DNA from: Octopus vulgaris
Taxonomy: Eukaryota
Assembly: GCA_951406725.2 (NCBI GenBank)
Contig: OX597823.1
Coordinates: forward strand, 38,398,001-38,460,000
Direction of reading: 5' to 3'
Length of the DNA stretch: 62,000 nucleotides
Shown one piece after another: positions 51,083 through 62,000 of the stretch. Every line of letters begins with the position of its first letter. The stretch's first letter is position 1. A model generated the notes under the pieces. The model was not told the DNA's origin, made no database searches, and saw only the letters and a program-made list of their open reading frames with translations. Both the position numbers and the translations under genes were made by a program.

Positions 51083-54000
51083 TGATTGATTGATTGATTG
51101 ATTGATTCTAGTTTCAGCTTATGAGCTGTGGCCATGCTGGGGCACCGCCATTTGGTGTTGCTACTTGGTTTCACTTCATGGAGGCTTTCTAGCAACTGCT
51201 ATTTGGTGCATGAGAGAGTTCGATGCAGCTGCCCTCATCTGCCCCTCCTGCCGTGAAGTTGGTTCATCTGGGACACCTGACAGGAAGAGATCCAGCTCCA
51301 TTTTAAAGACATTTGTATCCACCCCATGCAGGTCTCTCAGGTTCTTCGGGAGGATATTGAAGAGCTGTGGGCCTCGGAAGCCCAGGCTATCACAGAATCT
51401 TGTCCTACATCTTGATGGCAGGTTTGGAGTCCTAGGCACCACGCAGTGGCGCCCAGTTCTGGCATTTGCGTAACTCTCGATGCCAAAGTTCAGGACACTT
51501 CCCTCCAGGATCTTCCAGATGTATATTATGGCATATCTTTCCCGCCTACGCTCCAGGGAATATAATTTTAATCTCTGAGTCTTTCCCAGTAGCTTACATT
51601 CTGCATAGAGGCTATCTTCTTTGTGTAGCTTCGTTGGATCGCCTCAAGTTCTGTGATCAACTTGACACTGGATGGTGACCATAGCTGAGAGCAATAGTCA
51701 AAGTGGCTTAGGACAAGTGTCTTCCAGAGGACCATCATGGTTTCTTGTTCTCTTGTTCTAAAGGTTCTAAGAATCCATCCAGCCAGCCGTCTACATTTCA
51801 TTGTCAGTTTAGCAACATGTACATGAAAGGTCGCGTCATCACTCATGTGAATACCAAGGTCACGCACTGATTGTGCCTCTGGGATTGCAATCCCTCCGGG
51901 TCCAGTGTATTCATTGGGTATTGCATTCAGTTTTGCATGCTGATAGTATAAAGCTTGAAACTTTCCAGCATTGAACTGCATGCTATTCTTTTCAGCCCAC
52001 TTGTATATTTCGTCCAGCTCACATTGCAGGTGTTTAGTGTCCTCAGGGTTCTGTATTGCCTGTGAGACTTTTGTATCATCTGCATAACTTGTGATCGTGG
52101 CTCTCTGCGTGGCTGAGGGCATGTCTGAGAGGGCCATTATGAACAGTAGTGGTCCCAGAACAGTGCCCTGCGGAACACCGCTCACTATTTGTGTGTTAAT
52201 GGAGGTGGCCCCATTGGCTACTACCACCTGACTTCTATCCTTCAGAAAGTCATGAAGCCATTCTCCCAGTTTTCCAACTATGTTGAGATCACGCAGTTTG
52301 TGACATATCATTCCATGATCGACTTTATCAAAGGCCTTTGCAAAGTCGAGATATATCACTTCCACATTTGAGTGGTTGAGCAGCCGTTTCAGCACCCAGT
52401 CATAGTGTTGTAGGAGCTGAGTTAAACAGCTTCTCCCTGGTCGGAAACCATGTTGGGTGTCGGGCAGCAGGTCATTCTCTTCAAGGAAGGTGATCAGCTT
52501 CCTTCTGACTATTCGTTCCATGACCTTGCTGATGTGTGAGGTCAGAGAGATAGGTCTATAGTTCTTGGCTTCCGCTCTGCTACCTCCTTTATGAATGGGG
52601 CATATTTTACCTTCCTTCAGTTTTCCTGGAAGTTTGCCAGCTGCAAGGAAGCTCTGAAAGAGGAACTGCAGTGGTCTTGCTAGGACTCTCTTACATGCTT
52701 TTAGGAGGATTGCCGGGAATCCATCGGGGCCAGAAGCTGAGTCTGTTTTCATTTCATCTATAGCCTTGGTTACATCGTCTTCCTTTATATCGATGTAATC
52801 TATCGTCGCCGCCTCTGATTTTATATCTGCAGTGGTAAAAAAGTCAGTTGGATTGGTGATTTGGAGATGCCCAAGGGGTGGAGTGAAAACACTCTTGAAT
52901 TGCTCATTCAGTATTTCACTTACCCTCATTGGTTTTCCTGTAAGTGTGCCATCCTTTTCAAGGAGTGGCCCTATTCTACAGTGCACTGTAGCTGTTTCTT
53001 TGGCATACCTGTAGAAAGCTCTGGGGTTAGATTTTATGTTTTCTATAGCCCAGGCTTCTTTGTCTGCTCTTTCTTTTTCATGGGAGAGTTGCAGACATTT
53101 TTCGATTTCCAACAGTTTTATTTTTAGGCGGGACTTTTCACTACTTTCAATCTGTTTGTTTAGGCGATTTGAAAATTTCGTACACCGTCTCATTAAAATT
53201 TTCCTCTCTCTGGGGATTTTGTTGTTGTGTACAGTGGCCTTTCTCTCTGGGACACATTTGTAGCATATGGCTTGCATTACAGACATGAATTGTTGAAGTT
53301 TCACATCGATGTCTGGCGAGGAGAGACATTCAGGCCAGTTTTGTTTGAGGATCTCTTTTCAATTTGTTTCCAGTTTGCCTTATGGTAGTTCAAGCTGGAA
53401 AGATTTTGAGGGTTTCTTGTAGGCTGCATGTCCGTGCTCTCTTTTGGCCCGTACATGGTCAGCTCTATCATGTTGTGATCCGAGAGTAGTGTCGGTGTCA
53501 CTTTCACATTATGGATGAGATCCATGTCATTTGTGAAGCAGAGATCCAGTGTGTTACCTGCCCTGGTTGGTTGGAGTATTACCTGCTCCATGTACAGGGT
53601 GTTGATGAGGTTCAGGAGGGACCTCGCCTGTCCTCGTTCACATCTTGTCATTCCTGGGAGAGAAAGGCCCTCGGGCCATCTGACATTGGGCAGATTGAAG
53701 TCTCCCATAAGAAGCACACCTATGTGTTGTTCTAATGTGGTTAGAATTTCTTCTATTTTTATAAGGCAGTCTTCGAACTTGCCCACATGGCTTGGGGCAT
53801 CTGGAGGGCGATATGTAGCACACACAACTACATCAAGTTGCCTAATATGTACAATTAGTGTGTCACACACCGAGTTTGAGTATGACAAGAGGACCTGGGG
53901 TGTGAGGTCCTCACGGATGTACATAGCAACACCTCCATGACTCCTTTCTTTCCTGTCGGTCCGTAGTACAGCATACTGTGGTATGTGTAACTCCGCATCT

Positions 54001-54170
54001 GCTATGTCCGGTTTCAGGTGCGTTTCTGTAAGTGCTATGCATAAGGCTTGATTGCATGCAACAAAGTCTCTCAGGAACGGGATCTTTGTCCTGTTACTGA
54101 GTGTTTGCAGTCCTCTGATGTTCAGTAGGAGTATCGAGGTGAGGTGTACGTTGTTGCCGGCGGTGTCCAT
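51083..54170 (-). mobile_element. 5'-truncated second copy of the CR1-group LINE; ORF2 broken by frameshifts
   Basis: By manual comparison ~13 substitutions and 4 single-base indels versus 11957-15043 (>99% identical); (TCAA)n tail; homology stops at the ATG of MDTAGNN. Confidence 0.97.
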
Positions 54171-54972
54171 GAGTTGCATAAGAATCAGCAACCTTAAATG
54201 TTAAACTGACACAAGAAAATGCTCATGAGACTCAGTAACCAGACTACTAGTAGTGAATCCTGAGACTCAGTAACTATGTTAAACTGACTGACTACTAACA
54301 AATGAGTCCATAACTTGTTATATCTGTATGTTATTGAGTAACATCAGGCTCAAATTACTTCAACAATCATAAGGGAAAGTCATAACTCTACCTAGCCATG
54401 TCAGCATTAAAAAACAAATCAGTGTGTCTGTTTATGCACACAAATAATATTTGATATAATTTTATAGATTGAATTATAAGACAAGTCCTGCCTTAGGGTT
54501 AACTTATCATATGAACTATGTTTAAATGTCGAGAAGATTATAGAATATTGATATTTCATTATTTAATCCAACTTTTATCTATTAAGCCATCCTTAATTCT
54601 CTTTCTTAATCAGTTTTCATTGATTATTATTTTTGTTGTTGTTATTATTTGGATTGTTAGAATTATTAGAACATTTGACAAAATATCTTGCAATATTGCT
54701 TCCTGAGTTTACATCTCATTGAGACCAACTTCCATGATTGATAAAATTTTGTACCAGTCAAATACTAATCCATTAACTCAGCCAACTCCATTTCCACAAA
54801 ATTTCAGGCCTTGAATCTATGTTTGAAAAAATTGTTATTGTTGTTGGTAAGGTAGTAAGCTAGCAGAATTGTTAATGTGCTTCACAAAATGTTTAGTGGG
54901 ATTTCTTCCAGTTCTAGCAGAAGTACCAACCTTCAAGCAGTTTCTTGCTACTCATTATGTATTAAGGAGGTA

Positions 54973-56252
54973 TTGGGTCTTCCCATAAATAATGTGTTTT
55001 TTTTTCAATTGCACGAACTAAAATTCGGAAGCTGATAGGATAAACTACCTGCATCAACTTGCTATAAAAGCAGATAGTAATTTTACTTTGTCCTTATTCT
55101 TAGTGTAAGTTTTGAAGAGTGCAGTTCAATTTTAACAGTTATTTTTTCAAAGCTATAATGGAAGTGACAAAGAATATATTCAGCATATTTTGCTTTATGA
55201 GTTCAGTAAAAACGACAACACAATGGAAAGTGCGAGGAATATTAATGCAGTATATTGGGATTGAACAATAAGTGTTAAGCCATTGTCAATGATGGTTCCA
55301 GAAATTCTGAGCTGGAAACTACAGCCTAGAAGACGAACCCCACCCTGGTAGATCTATAGAGCTTGATGAGGACGTTCTCCAAACCCTGGTGGAGCAAAAT
55401 CCCATTGTAACTGTTGAGGAACTAGCAGAGAAGCTTGGATGGATTTGGTTATTCAACCATTCACCAACACCTGCGTGCCATCAGAAAAGTTAGCAAATTG
55501 GGTCAATGAGTTCCTCACAATTTTTCCGAGTCTAATCACATGCAGAGAGTGAATGTGTGCTTTTCTTTGTCATGTCTCATAGTTGAACCTTTCTTGGACT
55601 GAATAGTGACTGGTGATGAGAAATGGGTTCTCTATAAAAATGTCAAGTGCCAAAGACTGGGTAAGGAAAGGAGAAACACCGGCACTCCAGGCTAAAGAAG
55701 GTCTTCACCCACATAAGAGGTGTTGTTATCTGTTTGGTGGGATATGAAAGGTTTAGTTCACTTTGAACTTTTAAACCCAAACCAAATTATAACAAAGGAG
55801 ATCTACTGTAAGTAGCTTGAATGACTTAAGTCAGCACTACAAGAAAAATGACCATCTTTAGTTTCAAGACAAAAAGTGTTTTTCCATCAGGATAATGCTC
55901 ATTCACATACAGTGAGGACGACATTCCAAAAGCTGGAGCACTTTGAGTGGGAAACAATGCCTCACCCACCATATTCACTGGACATTGCCCAATCGGATTA
56001 TCATTTATTCTGCAGTCTTTAAAATCATTTGGATGGAAAATATATGAATTCTGTAGATGAGATCACAACAGTACTGAAGGAGCATTTTTCGTCATGGAGA
56101 AGTGAATTTTGGAAGAGAGGCCTTGCAAGCCTACCACATAGATGTAAGAGCATTGTAGAAAATGGAGAGGATATTTTAGATTAAAAAGAACTTTATCTTA
56201 ATTTTGAAAAATAAAAGTATAAAAAAACTGCATTATTTATGGGATGACCCAA
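54973..56252 (+). mobile_element. Full-length decayed mariner (DD34D), 1.28 kb
   Basis: TIRs TTGGGTCTTCCCATAAATAATG / CATTATTTATGGGATGACCCAA; transposase from ATG 55158 with remnants VTGDEKWVLY, HQDNA, HPPYSLDIAQSDYHLF; stops and frameshifts. Confidence 0.9.
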
Positions 56253-56268
56253 TTCATTATATACACGT

Positions 56269-56316
<48 letters not shown>

Positions 56317-56402
56317 TCATATATATACATGTACATAAATACATACTGTCATATATATAAATAAAGCCATATATATAATATATACACACACACATTATAC
56401 AC

Positions 56403-56443
<41 letters not shown>

Positions 56444-58046
56444 GTCCCAGGATGGGACGAATGTTACTCTATATATATATATATATATATATATAAATAT
56501 ATATATATATAAGACTCATTTTAGAAGTTGCTCTTGGTGTGCTCTCCATAGTATGTAAGAGTGGCAGATACCACACACATACACATAACAATAGAAACTT
56601 GGACATGATTATGAATCAATTCCTTTTGGGGTTGATAAAATAAGTGCCAGTACTGGGGTTGATGTAATCGCTGGCCTTTTTTTTTTTTTTTTTAAGTTTG
56701 TTCCTTATTGACTCTTTGGTACCTCAGAACCTTAATTCTTGACAGATGGCTGTTTAGCTAAAAAATAGAAAGCTATGTTCATAATAAGTTAATGGTACAA
56801 ACATGTAATGATATATATGATTTTATCAACATTTATTCCTGACTATATTATTGTCATTTCAATGACAGTAAAGCAAATTTTAAGGTCATTTGTTGGTAGT
56901 AGAAACACTGAAGATCCAAAGATCTCTGGTCCAATTCCAAGTTTTGTCATATTAGCGAGGTTGAAATTATTACTATCATAATTATTCATATATACTATGT
57001 ACCACTATTTTGGGGCAAAGAAAGCTTGTAAAATATACTTTGTGTATAATATACACAAGACTTTATCTTTGAGGAAATCAGCAATAGTGGGGAATGTTAA
57101 AAAATAACTTGGCCTTTTAGAATTACCATAATGAATCTATACTTCAAAATAGGTGAACCATGCTCCATCCTCTAATTTTTTTTGTGTTTGATTTTTTTTC
57201 TATATTTTTTTTCTAAACAATCTCTGGATTTTTGAGTTTTGAATGTTGGACATTCTGTGTTTATGTTAAAATTGCATCATTTAATATATATTTGATCTTT
57301 TTTGTGTGTGTGTGTGTGTGTTTTGATCATGTTTGATTCTTATTGTAAGACAGACGGTTAGATTTCTCCATTCATAAATTTCTTTCCCAATGACTTTCAT
57401 ATAAAAAAAACCCTCATTTTGTTTATTTTCATGAGGATTAAATTTTTTTTAATTAGGAAGGTTTCATTTTCAAAATTGCTTACTTTGTCGTCATCATCAT
57501 TTTTACATCCAAAGGTTGGACAAAACCTTTTCAACATAGCATTCTGCCATTTGTTGCATTTCTTCTCATCTCTTTTGTGAGGTTTGGCTTCTTGATATTA
57601 GCCTTCATTTCCGCTCATGTCTCTTTTAGTCTTCCTTTTCTTACCAGCTGTCATCATCCACATATATTACATGCCCATACCAGTGCAGCCATTGCTGGTA
57701 TGGACATGTAATGTTTCATAAGTTAACTAAGAGTCTTTGAGAAATGAAAATGGTACTATATAATTTCTTTCAAATAATTTGTTTCAGTTAATCTATTGTT
57801 ACAGGAAAATAAATACTTTTTTTCTTGAAATATGCTTTAGATTTCTAAATTTTGAATTCTCACATCACATGTCATTACATCAAGTAATATTATATATATA
57901 TATATTAGTATACTAATACAGCGTTATAGTAATACATCTGTTCGTTGTCTACACCACTTGTCTTCGTCTTTTGTTTTTTTGTGAATTCTCCCTGTATATA
58001 AATATTATATTATATATATATATATATACATACACACATATATATA

Positions 58047-58117
<71 letters not shown>

Positions 58118-59928
58118 AGTTATTTTGATTGCGTTTAGCTTGAGTCATGGAACAGATCGATCTTTTACAAATTTCTTTTTTCCTTGAAATCTGTCAAATA
58201 AGTATTTGCATTTTGGTTATATTTCATAAAAAAGTACCCTTTGATCTTTACTAGTGTTGGCTGTAAAACTGCATCTATTATCTACAGACAGTTATAATTT
58301 GTTTGTTGTTTTCCTAGAGACTCAATTTACTTTTAATAATGATATACTCAGTTTTAATACATGTTGCTACAGCTGAACAAACATTTCTGTAAAGATTTTA
58401 AAGATTTTAAATCTCCTCAGAACTTTCTTTTATGCAGTTTTCTTTTTCTAAATGTTCTTTGGATTTAGTTGTATTGAACATTAGACATTTAGGATCTGGT
58501 AATTTTTTTTAAATAAAAAAAAAATTTTGCAATATATATAATTTAATATAATGTTAAAATCATTGAATAAAATAGAAAATATTTTTATATATATTATGTA
58601 TATACTAAATGATTTAAACATCTCAACAATATATATTGATGGGATGGTCATGACTGGAACACATTTGAATTGATACTACGGAAGGTTATTGGAATAAAAT
58701 TTTTGGGAGTGTAGAAGTAAATAAACAGAGATTAAAGTGAATAAACAGAAACTAAGTACCTTCTATCCTTTTGTACTGTTTCTATTTTGGTTTTACATTT
58801 TATTTCTGAATTGTTTCAATGTGTGAATGAGATATTAGTAAGATAGTTAACAACCTTGAGTAATAATGGTCTGAAGGAGATATTTATGAAATATAAGGAA
58901 CATTTAATATATTTTCACTGTCATGATAAAATGTATTATAGTAATTCATAATCTGACACACCAGGTAATAGATATGTTAGGCCATTCCAAATATGGCTAC
59001 AGAGAATGAGTGACATTTAGCTTTACCTTTTATATAATGGGTAAAATACACATCCATAAATTTTAGATTTAGAAATTTGTGGAAAAAAATGTTTATTATT
59101 ATATGGTAATCAAAATTTGTGTAGTTTGACTTAGTGAGAGTATTAGAAGGGAGAGCTTTTGGGGTTATATATATACATATTGATGTTTAATCATTGTTAT
59201 AATAAGACTAACCAAAATATGATAGAAGAATTGTTCCAAATTTCTTTCAGCCAGCTTATATATGCTATAGGATACAGATTGGAAAAGTTTAAGAAATGTA
59301 AAAAAAAATGTATAAAACAAGAAAATCAAGAAATGTTTCTAACATTTTTCTATTTTTTTTTTTTAAGATATCATTATGAAAACTTTACCCTATGTTGGAA
59401 AAAATCCATTATAATTGCTAAATTTTGTTTATTTTGAAAAACTGTGTGCAATTTTCTGTGATAATCTTTGATGCTAAGGAATTATTAGGGAAACTCTGGA
59501 AGTTTATTTTGTCTTATCTAATGAAAGTTGGAATATTTGAAAATAATTTTTAGTTTTGGAGAATAATTTTTGTGAATTGTCCTTAATTGTTCTTTGTCTC
59601 TGTACAAATTTCTGTTGAATTGGTTAAGCTAGTGGACCAAATGAAAGAAGTTAATTAAGATAACAAATGTTTAATAAATATGATCACATTGAACAATTCA
59701 AATATAATTATTCAAGAATTTGATTGTATTTGTATGTTAAAATGTATTTCGATCAGCACAATGTTTTTCCCAATCTTTGATCCTGTTCTTAGAATTAGCA
59801 TTAGTCTTTAATTGCTTATTTCAACTGCTTTGTACTCATCTTGCTGTCAATTGACATTGACAAACTTAGTTGTGATGATTTTAGTTTCTTTATTGCTAAT
59901 GAGGATTTAGTTAGATATTTGCTTACAG

Positions 59929-60258
59929 CACTCAGATGTTTGCATACTGCCTTGCCACATGCATACTCCTATCACCAGCACTACATCCTATCACAAGCAA
60001 TGGCACCACTGTTAAAAATGGTATTTAAGTACTCCTTTTGCTCCAAATTCAGGCCCACTCTACTCTTATCGAGGCTGTTGGATTTTAACCTACCTCAGAA
60101 TCATCATCCATGACTAGGCAAGCAGAACTTAGTGCCAACAGATATCCAGGGACATGATGTCCATTTCTCATTCGTTTTCTTCACCTTCTGCATTTCGGTC
60201 TTCATACCGGAATCTTATGCGAACTTTGGGATCTCCTATTCGATCTAATTCTGTTGAG
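59929..60258 (+). other. Candidate host exon (5' UTR plus short coding start)
   Basis: Non-repetitive, GC-richer island with acceptor TTGCTTACAG at 59928 and donor GAG|GTCAGT at 60258; ATG 60154 opens MMSISHSFSSPSAFRSSYRNLMRTLGSPIRSNSVE to the donor. No homology recognised. Confidence 0.3.
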
Positions 60259-60454
60259 GTCAGTTTTTGCCATCTAGTCTTTTCTTTAAATTGCCTTTGT
60301 TTTTTAATTTATGAATTTGTGATTTATATGTTAATATGTTAGTAGAAAAAGAAATTATCTTTGATAGATGTAACAGTGTTGTTGGATGCTAAGAGAATTT
60401 GCTGTTGATTTTGTTATCAATGTTGATGTTCTTTTGCAGATTATTTTACACTAT

Positions 60455-60680
60455 AATCAAAGTGGTAAGCTGGAAGAATTTTTACATTGTCGGACAAAAT
60501 GCTTAGCAGAATTTCATTTGGCTCTTTACATTCTGAGTCCAAATTCCACTGAGGTCGTCTTTACCTTTCATCCTTTTGGGGGTCGATAAAAAAAGTACCA
60601 GTTGACCACTGGAGTTGATGTAATCAACTTAGCTCACTCACCTCAAATTGTTGGCCATGTCCCAAAATTTGAAACCATTA
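60455..60680 (+). mobile_element. SINE (same family as 50.7 kb)
   Basis: GTGGTAAGCTGGAAGAAT...TTCTGAGTCCAAATTCCACTGAGGTC...CAAAATTTGAAACCATTATT. Confidence 0.7.
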
Positions 60681-62000
60681 TTTTTATACTGAAATAGCAT
60701 TCTGATTTCTAACAACTTAAAAATATTTAATATTTACTGACTTCTTTTTCTTTATTTTGCTGGTTTTTTTTATTTATAATTACAGAAGTAATGTTCAGCT
60801 CACTCATGGATTTGGGTGGTTGAGGATTGTTTCATCAAAATTGTTTTCAATAAAATACAGAGAATGATGAGAAGAAAATTCAATAGTTGATATTTCTTAT
60901 TTTGAAAGTGAGAAAATGGAATATTATTTAAGATTGATAATGGCTAATGAGTTTCCAGTTATTTTAAATCTTAAAAAGAACATTTTTATCAATTTTGTTA
61001 CAGGATGGAATTAGAAATAATTTGTAAAATGTATTTATTGAAATGCTTTCTATATTCTGAAATTAGTTACATTTTTATTTAAGTAGATAGTGACATTGAT
61101 GAATTACTTGCATAAAGTTAAATACCAATTGTCTTTGGAATTATGTTACATTGTTTTGCTAAGGAGGCAGATGTAGCTGAGTTGATAAGGGGATAGTTGC
61201 AACTGAGTTTTTAAGGAGACAGGGTTTTAATCAAAGCCTTGACTATTTATCTCTGCTGCATTTGCACCTAACAAAATGACACAGTTTACTTATCAGCTAC
61301 TAGGTATTGACTTAAGGTATAGTTCACTACTATAAACAGAACTGTATGACTGACAATGTTTGTAAATTAAAAGTGGTGAGTTGAAATTCTCCTGAGAACT
61401 AAAACAACATAGGAAGCCACTCCAGTATTTTACTTTGATGTTAACAATGCCAACATGTATTTTACAGACAAGAAAATAAATTTTGAATACAATAAAGCTG
61501 TACTGCATTCCAAATTTACTTGTCTGTAAAATACCAATCACATTCGATGCTTCCAAAGTTTGTTTGAAAAATGTCGTCACATTTCAAAAGCTATAATTTA
61601 GCTTTAAAATTGACGGTAAGTATCAGTAGGCCATTTAGCATAATGATAGAGTACTTAGCCAGTATCTGAGGGGTACAGGTTCAACTCCCATAGCTGTCTG
61701 CCGGCAACTTTTTTCCATCTTATAAGAATAAAATACCGTCTTTCTGCTGTTTTCACCGCTATACTGCATTCGAAATTTACTTTCTAGTCTGTAAAATCCA
61801 AAAACACATACAATGCTTACAAAGTTTGTTTATAAAATGTTATCGAATACTAATATGCATTTTTCCATCGGTGTCTCTGCTACCAAATTCATTACAGGTT
61901 GTTAGTTTTACTTTATGAAAGTGAAGTTATTGATTGAAAATTGACCTTTGTTAAATTGGAGGGAAAAATACTTCCTTTTCCTGATAAGTGATATTAATGT

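Noticed and set aside
56441-56470. GTCCC-AGGAT-GGGAC-GAAT island in (TA)n, like a hammerhead stem II
   Set aside because: No CUGANGA, and GAAU instead of GAAA; at most a remnant.

Overview
AT-rich eukaryotic genomic DNA, intergenic or inside a large intron. The SINE, RTE, mariner and microsatellite content looks like an octopus or other coleoid cephalopod genome (inference, no search run). No host protein-coding gene can be called confidently; there are three weak exon candidates. The densest part is a repeat pile-up at ~9.0-24.7 kb. It runs: a rearranged Tc1 remnant; a ~570-bp imperfect palindrome; ~1.6 kb of (CA)n/(TA)n; and an apparently full-length CR1-group LINE with both ORFs open (ORF1 = Myb/SANT-like N-terminus + CCCH finger, ORF2 = APE endonuclease + RT, (TCAA)n tail, ~18-unit AT-rich array upstream). 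Next comes a 4.7-kb non-coding element with near-perfect 603-bp inverted arms, each carrying a consensus type-I hammerhead ribozyme on opposite strands (Penelope-like pLTR architecture), then a truncated 3' end of another CR1-like LINE. Two further, unrelated hammerhead-like motifs with a CCGAUGA core lie at 3.4 and 37.2 kb, also next to (TA)n. Elsewhere: a >99%-identical, 5'-truncated, frameshifted second copy of the LINE; two decayed full-length mariners; RTE-clade relics; many tRNA-derived SINEs; a hAT MITE; and a pre-miRNA-like hairpin.
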